Shown: piece by piece, positions 9,368-24,247 of the stretch
How positions within the stretch are numbered: position 1 is the stretch's first letter
Layout of the letters: each line of letters opens with the position of its first letter
IMG/VR virus record: IMGVR_UViG_2541047798_000006
From: a virus
Taxonomy: Duplodnaviria > Heunggongvirae > Uroviricota > Caudoviricetes
Length of the DNA stretch: 41,828 bases
Reading direction: 5' to 3' (one strand)
Notes under the pieces: generated by a model
What the model saw: only the letters and a program-made list of their open reading frames with translations
Databases searched by the model: none
Told to the model about the DNA's origin: nothing
Position numbers and translations under genes: made by a program

Positions 9368-11863
9368 CGTCCACCTCCGGAGAACAGACCACCATCACGC
9401 ATCTGCCCGGTCACAACATCCATTGCCGCCTTGCGGGCCATGTCATACACTGCCTTCAGCATCTGTGGACCTGGCAGACCATTCGTGCCGTCGTTATTAA
9501 TCACCACATGGTTATTCTGCTCAAACTTCCCGGACGCCTGCGACCGGCTGTCCGCCAGGCTGCCCGGTGTACCGACATAACCACCGGTGGCATAGCCGCG
9601 CATCAGCCGGTAGAGATTCCCCACGCCAATCCGGCTGGTTGCCTCCTTCGTGAAGACAAATTCACCACGGTGAACAATCCCCGCTGGCTCATATTTGCCG
9701 CCGGTTCCCGTAAATCCCCCTGTCGCAAAATGGAATTTCGCCGCAGCTGCCTGAATGGCTGTACCGCCTGACGCGGATGCGCCGCCACCAACAGCACCGC
9801 CAATGGCGCTGCCGATACTCCCGACAATCCCCACCATTGCCTGCTTAAGCAGAATTTCTGTCATCATGGACAGCACGGATCGGGTGAAGCTGCGCCAGTT
9901 TTGTTCACTGCCGGTCAGCATCGCCGCCATATTCTGTGCAATACCATCAAAGGTCTGCGTGGCTGCACTTTTAACCTGCGACATACTGTCCGTGGCGCTC
10001 TCTTCCCACTCACTCCAGCCTGACTTGAGGCCTGCCATCCAGCTCCCGCGAAGCTGGTCTTCAGCTGCCCAGGTCTTTTTCTGCTCTGACATGACGTTAT
10101 TCAGCGCCAGCGGATTATCGCCATACTGTTCCTTCAGACGCTGTTCCGTGGCGTCCCGCGCTGCCTGCCGGTCAGTCAGCCCCCGGTTTTTCGCATCAAT
10201 GGCTGCCCGTTTTGCCCGTTGTTGCTGTGCGAATTTATCCGCCTGCTGCGCCAGCGCATTCAGGTGCTCCTGATACGTGACCTTATCGCCAAGTGCAGCC
10301 AGCTGGCGTTTGTACTCCAGCGTCTCGTCTTTATGCGCCAGCAGGGATTTCTCCTGTGCGGACAGCTGGCGACGTTGTGCCGCCTCCTCCAGTACCGCGA
10401 ACTGACTTTCTGCCTTCCACAAATCCCGGCGCTGCTGGCTGATTTTCTCATTCGCTGTCTTCCTGACGATCGCCCGCAGACACCTTCACGCCGGACTGTT
10501 TCGGCTTTTTCAGCGTCGCTTCATAATCCTTTTTCGCCGCCGCCATCAGCGTGTTGTAATCTGCCTGCAGGATTTTCCCGTCTTTCAGTGCCTTGTTCAG
10601 TTCTTCCTGACGGGCGGTATATTTCTCCAGCGGCGTCTGCAGCCGTTCGTAAGCCTTCTGCGCCTCTTCGGTATATTTCAGCCGTGACGCTTCGGTATCG
10701 CTCTGCTGCTGCGCATTTTTGTCCTGTTGACTCTGCTGTTCAGCCTTCTTTCGGGCGGCTTCAAGCGCAAGACGGGCCTTTTCACGATCATCCCAGTAAC
10801 GCGCCCGCGCTTCATCGTTAACAAAATAATCATCCTTGCGCAGATTCCAGATGTCGTCCGCTTTCTTAAACGCAGCCTCTGCCTTAATCAGCATCTCCTG
10901 AGCGGTATCAGGACGACCAATATCCAGCACCGCATCCCACATGGATTTGAATGCCCGTGCTGTCCTGTCTGCCCAGGTTTCCAGCGTGCCCATGTTCTCT
11001 TTCAGGCGTCGGGTCTGGTCATCAAACCCTTTCGTTGCGGCCTCGTTCGCCGCCTGCAATGCCCCGGCTTCATCGCCGGAACGCTGCAACTGAGCAACAT
11101 ACGCAATCTGCTCCGCCGTCACGTTATGGAACTGGCGCGCCATCGCCGTCAGCCCCGACGTCGGGTCAGTGGTCAGCTTCCCGAAGGCTTCAGCGACCTT
11201 GTCCACCTCCACACCGGATGCAGAGGAGAAACGCGCCACACTCTGGCTGATGGACGCAATCTGAGCCTCACCGCTTACCCCCGCCTTAACCAGTGCACTG
11301 AGTGACTCGCTGGTCTGGTTAAACGTCAGCCCTGCAGCCTGCCCGGCTCTGGACAGGACCAGCATACGATCTGCCGTCAGTCCCGCCTGATTACCGGAAA
11401 GGACCAGCGTTTTGTTGAAATCGGACAGGGTTGAGTTACCCTGATACCAGGCATACGCCAGCGCACCGGTCGCCACCGCCAGCGAGGTGGCCCCGACCAT
11501 CGGCAGGGTGATCGCACCGGCAAGCCCCCGGAACATGGGGATCATCCCGCCGAAGGAGTCCTTAACCTGACCACCCTGTTGCAGCAGGATCAGCCACGGG
11601 CTTTGCCCGCCTGCAAGCTGCGTGGCCACGTCGGTGAACTGTGCAGGCAGCATACGCATGGCGGCTTTATACTGCCCGACGGAAATCCCCGCTTTCTGTG
11701 CAGCCAGCGCCTGTCGGCTCAGCGACTGTTCAACGACTGCCGCTGTTTTTTTCGCATCACTTTCCGTACCGGAAAAATGACGCCTGACTCTGGCCATCTG
11801 CTCGTCAAATCTGGCCGCATCCAGACTTAAATCAACGACCAGATCGCCTACCGGTTCAGCCAT
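9364..11863 (-). pseudogene. H: tail tape measure protein H, split into two reading frames
   Basis: N-terminal piece 10448..11863 (471 aa, ends TGA at 10448) and C-terminal piece 9364..10422 (352 aa, TTG-initiated in the ORF track) are both lambda-H-like but in different frames; the second frame is open upstream to 10485. Confidence 0.7.
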
Positions 11864-12297
11864 ACCGGACTCCTCCTGCGATCCCTTCTGATACTGTCAT
11901 CAGCATTACGTCATCCTCCGTCATGCCCGCCATATCCGGGGAAGCGGGGATAACTTCATTTCCGTCCGGGTCAAAGCGGACGCCTCCGGTAAGCCCTGCC
12001 GCTTTCTGCATCAGCACATCATCTTCAGGCTCTTCGTCATCCTCACGCCGGTTCAGCAAACTGAAATCCAGCGGATGCATATCCGGATCGCTGAAAAACA
12101 GGCTGAGCACAGTGTACGTCAGCCCGGAAAAGTGCATATCCAGCAGAACATCATGAAAATAATGGGTACTGTAAAAGCGGTGCCAGTCGGCATACTCCGT
12201 GGATGACATCCCGGCAAGCATGGCGCGCCAGTCAGGTCGCCCCATCTCTCGCGCCAGTTTCAGGGCAAAACTCAGCTCACCGTCGAACACTTTCCCG
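11856..12297 (-). CDS. T: T segment of the G-T tail assembly chaperone fusion (made by -1 frameshift from G)
   Basis: -1 frame ORF overlapping the G 3' end; slippery heptamer present. Confidence 0.75.
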
Positions 12298-12694
12298 CAG
12301 AAACAGGCTCTGCAGGCCCGGCGTCCTCTGTCTGGTCAGGGGCATCATTCACCACAAACTCATACATTCCGGACAGCCGGTACACCACGTTTTCAGCATG
12401 AGAAATTGCCTCTGTAGGCCAGGTGGTAAGCACTTCCTGCTCAATCTGTTTAACGGCTTCATTCATGGACGGCATCTGCGTCTTCTTCGGATGGTTATGC
12501 CACAGGGACATCGCCACCACAAAAGCGCCGGTTCTGATGGCGTCTTCCACAGTAAACTTCCGGTTGCTGTCTGACTCCGCCTGTTCTGCCTGCCGTTTCA
12601 TCAGGGCGAGATGCTCAATACGCTGTAGGGCTGACAGTTCAGAAAGCGTGACGGTCACGCCGTTATGTTCAAATGATTCGGTTTTCAGGAACAT
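12272..12694 (-). CDS. G: tail assembly chaperone G
   Basis: 140 aa MFLKTESFEHNGVTVTLSELSALQRIEHL... Confidence 0.9.
   Translation of the reverse strand: MFLKTESFEHNGVTVTLSELSALQRIEHLALMKRQAEQAESDSNRKFTVEDAIRTGAFVVAMSLWHNHPKKTQMPSMNEAVKQIEQEVLTTWPTEAISHAENVVYRLSGMYEFVVNDAPDQTEDAGPAEPVSAGKCSTVS
12291..12297 (-). other. programmed -1 ribosomal frameshift slippery site G GGA AAG
   Basis: + strand ctttccc at 12290-12296, read as GGGAAAG on the - strand near the end of G. Confidence 0.7.
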
Positions 12695-12709
12695 CGCTGA
12701 CTCTCCGGA

Positions 12710-13450
12710 TTAACTGGCGGTGACGGTGATTTCTGCAACCGCAGCAAACTCACCATTACCGGATACGACCGGAATGTTGACCTTGCCTGCAGCAACGCCG
12801 TTCACGGTGATGGTCATACCACTGACCGACACGGTGGCTTTTGTTTTATCCGCAGACACCGCACGGAAGCTCTTGTCGGTTGCGCCTTCCGGCTGGAATG
12901 CCACGGTCAGCGTGGTGCTCTGCCCTTTCACTACGGAAGCACTGGCTGGCGTTACCGTCATGCCGGTGGCCGCCGTCACCGTGCTGCGATCTTCTGCCAT
13001 CGACGGGCGTCCCACATTGGTGACCTTCACCGTGCGGGTAATCACTTCCTTCGCCGTCACCGCCTTACCGATACTGCTGACCCAGCCACGGAACACATCG
13101 ACCGTGCCGTTCGGGAAGCGGATTTTATAGGCACGGGTATCACCTTCATTAAACCACGCCAGCAGCGCCTGCTGCCCCTGCTCTCCGGGCATCCACGCCA
13201 GCGTGAAGCTGGTATCTCCGGCTGACTTCTGCCCCTGTCCGGTCGCGGTCCAGTCCGCATCTTCATCATCGAGATAACTGTCGTCATAGGACTCAGCGGT
13301 CAGTTCGCCGGGCGTCAGGTCTTTAACTTTAGCCAGACGCGACCAGTCAACGTCTGAAAGCGGGTTCGCATAAGGGTCACCGTTCCCCTTATAAACCCAC
13401 AGTGTGGTCCCGGCACCTTTCACCGGCATTGTTGGATTTGGTACAGGCAT
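12710..13450 (-). CDS. V: major tail tube protein V
   Basis: lambda V-like; start placed at [14 protein letters not shown] rather than the extended ORF start. Confidence 0.9.
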   Translation of the reverse strand: MPVPNPTMPVKGAGTTLWVYKGNGDPYANPLSDVDWSRLAKVKDLTPGELTAESYDDSYLDDEDADWTATGQGQKSAGDTSFTLAWMPGEQGQQALLAWFNEGDTRAYKIRFPNGTVDVFRGWVSSIGKAVTAKEVITRTVKVTNVGRPSMAEDRSTVTAATGMTVTPASASVVKGQSTTLTVAFQPEGATDKSFRAVSADKTKATVSVSGMTITVNGVAAGKVNIPVVSGNGEFAAVAEITVTAS

Positions 13451-13457
13451 AGCGTCC

Positions 13458-13853
13458 TCACATTTCATAGGTAATGACATAAGTCAGATCGGCTGAACTC
13501 CACAGGCCCGCATCATCGTCGCGCCGGTAGTCATAGCCACTGGCCACCATACTGGTGATCAAATCTGACAGTGCCGGGATATCGCTCATCACCGGATAAA
13601 TCCGGGACTCCATCCACGAATCCAGCTCTGAATCCGGCACCTGAGCAGGCAGGAAAACTTCAATATGCAGCTCCGCCTGCCAGGTATCGCTGTCCAGCTC
13701 TTCGCCCGTGTATTCAGCGCCGGTGAGATAAACGGCAATTGCCGGAAAATCCGCCTCATCAAAAACAGCGGGGCGACCATCAAAAAGCGTCGCCCCGGTG
13801 TCATGCTTCTCCAGTGCATCCAGTACGGCTGCACGGAGTTCAGTATGTTTCAT
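13458..13853 (-). CDS. U: tail tube terminator protein U
   Basis: 131 aa lambda U-like. Confidence 0.9.
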   Translation of the reverse strand: MKHTELRAAVLDALEKHDTGATLFDGRPAVFDEADFPAIAVYLTGAEYTGEELDSDTWQAELHIEVFLPAQVPDSELDSWMESRIYPVMSDIPALSDLITSMVASGYDYRRDDDAGLWSSADLTYVITYEM

Positions 13854-14428
13854 CGCTTTATTACCATTCTCAGTTGATGCTGCAGCGCATAGCCCAGCTC
13901 TTTCGGAAGACGTTCACGCCGTATCCGTTCAATATTCTGTTTAAACGCCGTGGTAAGCGGCACCGCCATCGGGATTTTCACCACATCAATGGGGTAACGG
14001 TTTTTCCCGGCCACACGCTGCATGACATGCCACCGCCCATTTTTCAGTTGCTGAATAAACGCGCCGGGAATACGACGGTTACCCACCACAAGCACGCTGC
14101 CGCCACCTTTCAGGGATGAACGCTGCCCCTTTTTACGACGCCTGCGGCGGGACAGGACAACCCGCGCATTACCCAGCTTGATTACGGGCAAATCCCCCCG
14201 GTTAACTTTGATTCTGGCCTGCGGATTTTTGACCGTGGCCCTTTTCAGCCTGGCCCTTTCCTTTACCAGTTTCCGGCGTACCTTTGTCTCACGGGCAACC
14301 TGTGACGCAGACTGCGATATCACGGATGAAGCAACGCGGTTAATGGCCATTGCGGCGGCACCAGGCACCGCCGTTTTGCTGATACGGCTGAGGTTTTCAA
14401 CGGCCTGCTCAAGACCTTTTATGGCCAT
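13850..14428 (-). CDS. Z: tail completion protein Z
   Basis: 192 aa lambda Z-like. Confidence 0.9.
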   Translation of the reverse strand: MAIKGLEQAVENLSRISKTAVPGAAAMAINRVASSVISQSASQVARETKVRRKLVKERARLKRATVKNPQARIKVNRGDLPVIKLGNARVVLSRRRRRKKGQRSSLKGGGSVLVVGNRRIPGAFIQQLKNGRWHVMQRVAGKNRYPIDVVKIPMAVPLTTAFKQNIERIRRERLPKELGYALQHQLRMVIKR

Positions 14429-14439
14429 ACATCCCCCTT

Positions 14440-14793
14440 TCAGCGGCGACGGTTAACGGCAGGCGGTACGCCCCGCCCAAGCCAGAGATGACAGCTTCCA
14501 CCATCATCCGGCGAAACCCGGTCTATCCAGAAGTTTTCCTCACCGATGGTCAGCGTGTCTCCACGCCGCAGCTGCCGCACATCATCAGTCCGGACAAACA
14601 GGGACGGGCTGGAGCCTTCAACGCGCACGCCCTGTCCGGCATAGCTGATATTTTCAGGGTCATCAAAAACACCACGTATTACTGCGCCGGACTGCTCACC
14701 GGATGTCATGGTGGCTGACGTTCCCATGTACCCGCGTATCGTTTCATCGGCGCGGACAATGGCAGCATCGAACAGGTTATCGAAATCAGCCAC
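14440..14793 (-). CDS. FII: head-tail joining protein FII
   Basis: 117 aa lambda FII-like. Confidence 0.9.
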   Translation of the reverse strand: MADFDNLFDAAIVRADETIRGYMGTSATMTSGEQSGAVIRGVFDDPENISYAGQGVRVEGSSPSLFVRTDDVRQLRRGDTLTIGEENFWIDRVSPDDGGSCHLWLGRGVPPAVNRRR

Positions 14794-14804
14794 AGCGCCT
14801 CCCG

Positions 14805-15200
14805 TTATTGCATTCTGGCCAGGCCGCGCTCTGTCATTTCGGCTGCCACACCGGCAGAGACACGAAACGCCGTTCCCGGCAGCACAAATGCCACAGGTTC
14901 ATCCCGCGTGGCGTGAAGTGCATCGGTATGCAGCGTCACCAGTGCCACAACCGTGACCAGAACAGCCGTATCAGTCACGGTATCCGTCTGTGCTGATACC
15001 ACCTCATTTTCATGTCCGGTCAGCGCATTTTCCGGGCTGACAGACGTGTCCTGACCGGCTCCGTCATCCTTGTCATCAAGCTCCTCTTCCAGCTCTGCCA
15101 CACGGAGCGCCAGTTCTTCTTTCGTCCCCGTCAGGCTGACATCACGGTTCAGTTGCTCACCCAGCGACCGGAGACGGGCAATCAGTTCATCTTTCGTCAT
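14805..15200 (-). CDS. FI: DNA packaging protein FI
   Basis: MTKDELIARLRSLGEQLNRDV...; start trimmed to the ATG at 15200. Confidence 0.85.
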   Translation of the reverse strand: MTKDELIARLRSLGEQLNRDVSLTGTKEELALRVAELEEELDDKDDGAGQDTSVSPENALTGHENEVVSAQTDTVTDTAVLVTVVALVTLHTDALHATRDEPVAFVLPGTAFRVSAGVAAEMTERGLARMQ

Positions 15201-15241
15201 GGACTCCTCCACAGAGAGAAAATGGCCCCGAAGGGCCATGA

Positions 15242-16267
15242 TTACGCCAGTTGAACGGACACGAACTCATCAGGATCAGCCAGCAGCATCAGCGGTGCTG
15301 ACTGAATCATGGTGAACTCACGCGCCGGATCGCCGCTGGTCACCCAGTTTTTCGGGTAGCGGGCAGAAGCGTTAATACCTTCGCGCTGTGCGTCCGCATC
15401 CTGAATGCAGCCATAGGTGCGCAGACCGCGAGCCTGAGTGTTCCCCAGCACCATCGTGTTGTCCGGCAGAAAGTTCTTTTTGACGCCGTTTTCCACGTAC
15501 TGTCCGGAATACACGACGATGGCCACATCGCCATACATCCCCTTATAGGACACCGCTTTGCCCAGGTCTTTCACCGCTGTCTCCAGCTCGGAATGAGAGC
15601 CGCGACGGGTATCCAGCTTCTCCCTGACGGCTTTGAAGGAACGGAACAGCGCCCAGCCTTTCGGATCAAAAACGATAATATTCACCACACCGCTGGCGTT
15701 CAGCGCGTAGGCTTCGATATCGTCGGTCGGGTCATACGTGGACTTGTCGCGCTTGCTCCACTCCGTGCTGCCGGACTGCGTGATGTTATTCGCTTCACTG
15801 CGACCCATATCCACCTCAACCGGATCGAAGGCTTCACCGGTCATGGTGTATTTGCCCTTAAGCACGGCAGAAACGGCCTGCATCTCTTCGACCTGAGCAA
15901 TGGCCAGCTCTTCGTCTCGCATGTTCTGCATGATGATGCGACGGCGGCGGTAAGCCGGGTCCGCCAGATTCTTCGGATCTTCATCCGGCAGGCGACGCAG
16001 GGTCATCTGCGGATTCACCTCATGCTTGGGCTTGACATATCCCGGTGTAAATTCAGAGGTGGAGCCGCCACGGGAGCGGATAACCTCACCGGAAACAATC
16101 GGCGAAACGTACAGCGCCATGTTTACCAGTCCCGGAATTTGTGAGAGATAGACTTTCTCCGTGGTGAAGGGATAGCTCTCACGGAAAAAGAGACGCAGAA
16201 ACAGCGGATCAAACTTAAATTTCTGCTCATTTGCCGCCAGCAGTTGGGCGGTTGTGTACATCGACAT
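15242..16267 (-). CDS. E: major capsid protein E
   Basis: 341 aa lambda E-like. Confidence 0.95.
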   Translation of the reverse strand: MSMYTTAQLLAANEQKFKFDPLFLRLFFRESYPFTTEKVYLSQIPGLVNMALYVSPIVSGEVIRSRGGSTSEFTPGYVKPKHEVNPQMTLRRLPDEDPKNLADPAYRRRRIIMQNMRDEELAIAQVEEMQAVSAVLKGKYTMTGEAFDPVEVDMGRSEANNITQSGSTEWSKRDKSTYDPTDDIEAYALNASGVVNIIVFDPKGWALFRSFKAVREKLDTRRGSHSELETAVKDLGKAVSYKGMYGDVAIVVYSGQYVENGVKKNFLPDNTMVLGNTQARGLRTYGCIQDADAQREGINASARYPKNWVTSGDPAREFTMIQSAPLMLLADPDEFVSVQLA

Positions 16268-16274
16268 AAAAAAT

Positions 16275-16303
16275 CCCGTAAAAAAAGCCGCACATGCGGC
16301 CTT
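16275..16303 (-). terminator. stem-loop plus T-run between D and E (possible attenuator)
   Basis: - strand gccgca-tg-tgcggc followed by T7. Confidence 0.4.
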
Positions 16304-16321
16304 TAGTGATGAAGGGTCAGG

Positions 16322-16654
16322 TTAAACGATGCTGATTGCCGTTCCGGCAAACGCGGTCCGTTTTTTCGTCTCGTCGCTGGCAGCCTCCGGCCAGAGCACA
16401 TCCTCATAACGGAACGTGCCGGACTTGTAGAACGTCAGCGTGTTGCTGGTCTGGTCAGCAGCAACCGCAAGAATGCCAACGGCAGCACCGTCGGTGGTGC
16501 CATCCCACGCAACCAGCTTACGGGTGGAGGTGTCCAGCATCAGCGGGGTCATTGCAGGCGCTTTCGCACTCAATCCGCCGGGCGCGGTTGCGGTATGAGC
16601 CGGGTCACTGTTGCCCAGCGGCTGGTAATGGGTAAAGGTTTCTTTGCTCGTCAT
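16322..16654 (-). CDS. D: capsid decoration protein D
   Basis: [12 protein letters not shown]...; start at second ATG with better SD spacing. Confidence 0.9.
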   Translation of the reverse strand: MTSKETFTHYQPLGNSDPAHTATAPGGLSAKAPAMTPLMLDTSTRKLVAWDGTTDGAAVGILAVAADQTSNTLTFYKSGTFRYEDVLWPEAASDETKKRTAFAGTAISIV

Positions 16655-16663
16655 AAACATCCC

Positions 16664-17963
16664 TTACACTGGTGTGTTCAGCAAATCGTTAACGGCATCA
16701 GATGCCGGGTTACCTGCAGCCAGCGGTGCCGGTGCCCCCTGCATCAGACGATCCAGCGCAGTGTCACTGCGCGCCTGTGCACTCTGTGGTGCTGCGGCCA
16801 GAATGCGGCGGGCCGTTTCCACGGTCATACCGGGGATTTCGGCCAGCACGCGGGCCTGTTCTTCGCGTCCGTGAGCCTCCTCACAGTTGAGGATCCCCAT
16901 AATGCGGCTGTTTTCTGCCGCAACCGCAGCGGTGATCTGCGCGTTCACGTCCGGCTGCGCCGCGCTGGCGTTTTCGCCCTCCGTCGCTGGCACCACGTCA
17001 GTAACGTCAGCCTGCGAAGCAGTGGCTGAAACAGTTGTTGATTGAGTCTCTTTGGTCATTCGCCCTCCTGAGAGACGGGATTTACGTGCATCCAGTGCAT
17101 CACGCATAACGGTGATCGCATCGGTGCTGTTGACAAGTTCATCAGCCAGTCCGGCATCAATGGCCTCCTGACCGCTGTACACTGCAGCCTCGGTATCCAG
17201 CACAGCCTGCACGGACAGGCCGATATATGCCGACACCTTCTGCGCAAACATCTGGCGGGTTGCATCCATCCGGGACTGCAGTGTCTCCCGGACGTCATCC
17301 GGAAGATGGCTGTAGGGGTTGCCATCCACCTTATGGCTGCCGCTGTAAATCAGCGTGATTTCCACGCCCTGTTTCTCCAGCGCAGCACCGTAATTACTGT
17401 GAGCCATCATGACGCCGATGGAGCCTGTCCGGGCGGTCTGCGTGACCAGACGCCGGGAGGCGGCGCTGGCAAGCAGCTGCCCTGCACTGCAGTTCATGTC
17501 ATTGGCCAGCGCCCATACCGGCTTTATGTCACGCACACGGGCGATGATGTCAGCGCAGTCAAATGCCCCTGCCACCATCCCGCCTGGCGTATCCATATCG
17601 AGCAGAATGCCGTCCACCATCGGGTCGCTGGCAGCCTGTTGCAGACGGGCGATAATGCCGTTGTAACCGGTCATCCCCGAATACGGCTGCAGCGCTCGCG
17701 TCCGGCTGACCAGCGTACCGGACACCGGCAGCACGGCGATGCCGTTCATGACCTGATAATTGCGGGCCTGTCGTGGTCCGTCATCATCACCGGATAACGC
17801 CAGCGCCGCGGGTGCCTCTCCGGCAGTCAGGCTGTCGCCGGACACCGCATCCGTCAGGCGACTGATCCCAAGCTGGCCTGCAAGCGCACAAAAGAAAACC
17901 CGCGCATAGGCGGGTTCAAGCATCAGCGGCTCATTAAAAGCCATGCTGGCAATATGCGGGAGA

Positions 17964-17983
<20 letters not shown>
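16664..17983 (-). CDS. C: capsid assembly protease C (scaffold Nu3 nested in frame)
   Basis: GTG start after GGAGGAG SD; MTAELRNLPHIASMAFNEPLMLEP... Confidence 0.85.
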
Positions 17984-21664
<3,681 letters not shown>

Positions 21665-21690
<26 letters not shown>

Positions 21691-22210
21691 TCAGCAACCC
21701 CGGTATCAGTTCATCCAGCGCGGCTGCTTTGTTCATGGCTTTGATGATATCCCGTTTCAGGAAATCAACATGTCGGTTTTCCAGTTCCGGAAAACGCCGC
21801 TGCACCGACAGGGGGATCCCGTCGAGAATACTGGCAATTTCACCTGCGATCCGCGACAGCACGAAAGTACAGAATGCGGTTTCCACCACTTCAGCGGAGT
21901 CTCTGGCATTCTTCAGTTCCTGTGCGTCGGCCTGCGCACGCGTAAGTCGATGGCGTTCGTACTCAATAGTTCCTGGCTGGAGATCTGCCTCGCTGGCCTG
22001 CCGCAGTTCTTCAACCTCCCGGCGCAGCTTTTCGTTCTCAATTTCAGCATCCCTTTCGGCATACCATTTTATGACGGCGGCAGAGTCATAAAGCACCTCA
22101 TTACCCTTGCCACCGCCTCGCAGAACGGGCATTCCCTGTTCCTGCCAGTTCTGAATGGTACGGATACTCGCACCGAAAATGTCAGCCAGCTGCTTTTTGT
22201 TGACTTCCAT
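21665..22210 (-). CDS. nu1: terminase small subunit Nu1
   Basis: 181 aa MEVNKKQLADIFGASIRTIQNWQEQGMPVLRGGGKGNEV... Confidence 0.95.
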
Positions 22211-22432
22211 TGTTCATTCCACGGACAAAAACAGAGAAAGGAAACGACAGAGGCCAAAAAGCTCGCTTTCAGCACCTGTCGTTTCCTTTCTTTTCAGAGG
22301 GTATTTTAAATAAAAACATTAAGTTATGACGAAGAAGAACGGAAACGCCTTAAACCGGGAATTTTTCATAAATAGCGAAAACCCGCGAGGTCGCCGCCCC
22401 GTAACCTGTCGGATCACCGGAAAGGACCCGTA
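22211..22432 (-). other. cos region (cosB, cosN, lambda right-end junction)
   Basis: + strand aggtcgccgccc at 22388-22399 is the reverse complement of the lambda 12-nt cohesive end GGGCGGCGACCT, followed by the reverse complement of the lambda right-end sequence. Confidence 0.85.
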
Positions 22433-22598
22433 AAGCGATAATGATTATCATCTACATATCACAACGTGCGTGGAGGCCATCAAACCACGTCAAATAATCA
22501 ATTATGACGCAGGTATCGTATTAATTGATCTGCATCAACCTAACGTAAAAACAACTTCAGACAATACAAATCAGCGACACTGAATACAGGGCAACCTC

Positions 22599-22832
22599 AT
22601 GTCAACGAAGAACAGAACCCGCAGAACAACAACCCGCAACATCCGCTTTCCTAACCAAATGATTGAACAAATTAACATCGCTCTTGTTCAAAAAGGGTCC
22701 GGGAATTTCTCAGCCTGGGTCATTGAAGCCTGCCGCCGGAGACTGTGCTCAGAAAAAAGAGTTTCGCCTGAAGCAAACAAAGAAAAGAGTGACATTACTG
22801 AATTGCTCAGAAAACAGGTCAGACCAGATTGA
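22599..22832 (+). CDS. small hypothetical protein conserved near cos in lambdoid phages (possibly YlcI/DUF3950-like)
   Basis: 77 aa MSTKNRTRRTTTRNIRFPNQMIEQINIALVQKGSGNFSAWVIEACRRRL; family assignment from memory. Confidence 0.55.
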   Translation: MSTKNRTRRTTTRNIRFPNQMIEQINIALVQKGSGNFSAWVIEACRRRLCSEKRVSPEANKEKSDITELLRKQVRPD

Positions 22833-22889
22833 AGCAATTTAGATAATCGTGCAGACTACGCCCCCTCATATCACATGGAAGGTACTACA

Positions 22890-23300
22890 ATGGCTCAGGT
22901 TGCCATTTTTAAACAAATATTCGATAAAGTGCGAAATAATTTAAACTATCACTGGTTTTATTCTGAACTAAAACGTCACAATGTTTCACATTACATTTAC
23001 TATTTAGCCACAGAGAATATTCATCTTGTTCTTGAAAACGATAATACGGTTTTAATAAAAGGACAGGGTAAGGTTGTAAATGTAAGATTTTCAAAAAATA
23101 AATGCCTTATAGAAGCCACCTTAAAAGGATTCAAATCAGGAGAGTTATCATTTTACGAATACAGGAAAAATCTTGCTACAGCAGGGGTTTTCAGATGGAT
23201 TACAAATATCCACGAAAACAAAAGGTATTACTATACCTTTGATAATTCATTACTCTTTACTGAGAACATTCAGAACACTACACAAATATTTCCGCACTAA
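22890..23300 (+). CDS. hypothetical protein (possibly YbcV/DUF1398-like)
   Basis: AT-rich ORF; start placed at [11 protein letters not shown] after a GGAAGG SD; family assignment from memory. Confidence 0.55.
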   Translation: MAQVAIFKQIFDKVRNNLNYHWFYSELKRHNVSHYIYYLATENIHLVLENDNTVLIKGQGKVVNVRFSKNKCLIEATLKGFKSGELSFYEYRKNLATAGVFRWITNIHENKRYYYTFDNSLLFTENIQNTTQIFPH

Positions 23301-23607
23301 ATCATAACGTCCGGTTTCTTCCGTGCCAGAACCGGACTCGCTGGCATGATGAAATATGTGTACCCGGTAACCCCGGTGTGCATCGTTTTTGATTATTCCC
23401 CCACACTTGTGCAGAAGGAGTTCCCCGTCAGGCTACAGTCATAATTAATGCAAGAGTACAGCGACGATACAGCGCACAGAAATAAATCAGGTATCCATTG
23501 ACTTCACAAAGACGGTGCATAGCATCGACAGGAGTAATTGCGTAAATTGAACTCTTGGCACACTTTAGCCACCGGCGAATCTTCAGCGGATTATCCTTGG
23601 CCGGTTT

Positions 23608-24072
23608 TTATCTGAGGCATTGCTCTCGAATGTATAGCTGTGCCCCTTCAAGTTGTTTTTGCATTATTATCAGTCGCGCTCTGAGGGTGAAATAATCCCG
23701 TTCAGCGGTGTCTGCCAGTCGGGGGGAGGCTGCATTATCCACGCCGGAGGCGGTGGTGGCTTCACGCACTGACTGACAGACTGCTTTGATGTGCAACCGA
23801 CGACGACCAGCGGCAACATCATCACGCAGAGCATCATTTTCAGCTTTCGCATCAGCTAACTCCTTCGTGTATTTTGCATCGAGCGCAGCAACATCACGCT
23901 GACGCATCTGCATGTCAGTAATTGCCGCGTTCGCCAGCTTCAGTTCTCTGACATTTTTGTCGCGCTGGGCTTTGTAGGTAATGGCGTTATCACGGTAATG
24001 ATTCAGCCACAGACTAAGCGCACCACAGGCCACCAGCAGGGCAATGATGACCACGCACAGTACGCGGTTCAT
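23608..24072 (-). CDS. Rz: i-spanin Rz
   Basis: 154 aa ...[45 protein letters not shown]... Confidence 0.95.
   Translation of the reverse strand: MNRVLCVVIIALLVACGALSLWLNHYRDNAITYKAQRDKNVRELKLANAAITDMQMRQRDVAALDAKYTKELADAKAENDALRDDVAAGRRRLHIKAVCQSVREATTASGVDNAASPRLADTAERDYFTLRARLIIMQKQLEGAQLYIREQCLR
23670..23852 (-). CDS. Rz1: o-spanin Rz1 lipoprotein, embedded in Rz
   Basis: 60 aa, lipobox VVGC, proline-rich. Confidence 0.85.
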   Translation of the reverse strand: MRKLKMMLCVMMLPLVVVGCTSKQSVSQCVKPPPPPAWIMQPPPDWQTPLNGIISPSERD

Positions 24073-24073
24073 T

Positions 24074-24172
24074 TCACCACCAGCGTATCTGACCGATGAA
24101 ATAACCGGAGGCCATAATCACAAACACCAGCCAGATAAGAATGAACTTCCAGGTGGATAATTTTTCAGCCAT
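24074..24172 (-). CDS. candidate 32-aa single-pass membrane peptide translationally coupled to Rz
   Basis: ATG at 24172 preceded by GGGAG SD; [32 protein letters not shown]; TGA one nt before the Rz ATG; not in the ORF track (<60 aa). Confidence 0.3.
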   Translation of the reverse strand: MAEKLSTWKFILIWLVFVIMASGYFIGQIRWW

Positions 24173-24247
24173 CACTCGAATCTCCCGAATCAGTTTGCTA
24201 AAATCAAACACACTTTCTCCTTTGACTTTTCCGGAGTCAGGAAACAC

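Noticed and set aside
10219-10821. 200-aa + strand ORF spanning the H frameshift region
   Set aside because: Antisense to the tape measure gene; no start context; low-complexity translation.
16336-17029. + strand ORFs overlapping D and C
   Set aside because: Antisense to well-supported capsid genes.
22436-22448. GATAATGATTATC palindrome resembling a Fur box
   Set aside because: Lies in the conserved cos region carried over from lambda; more likely a packaging or IHF-related element; cannot be distinguished without a motif search.
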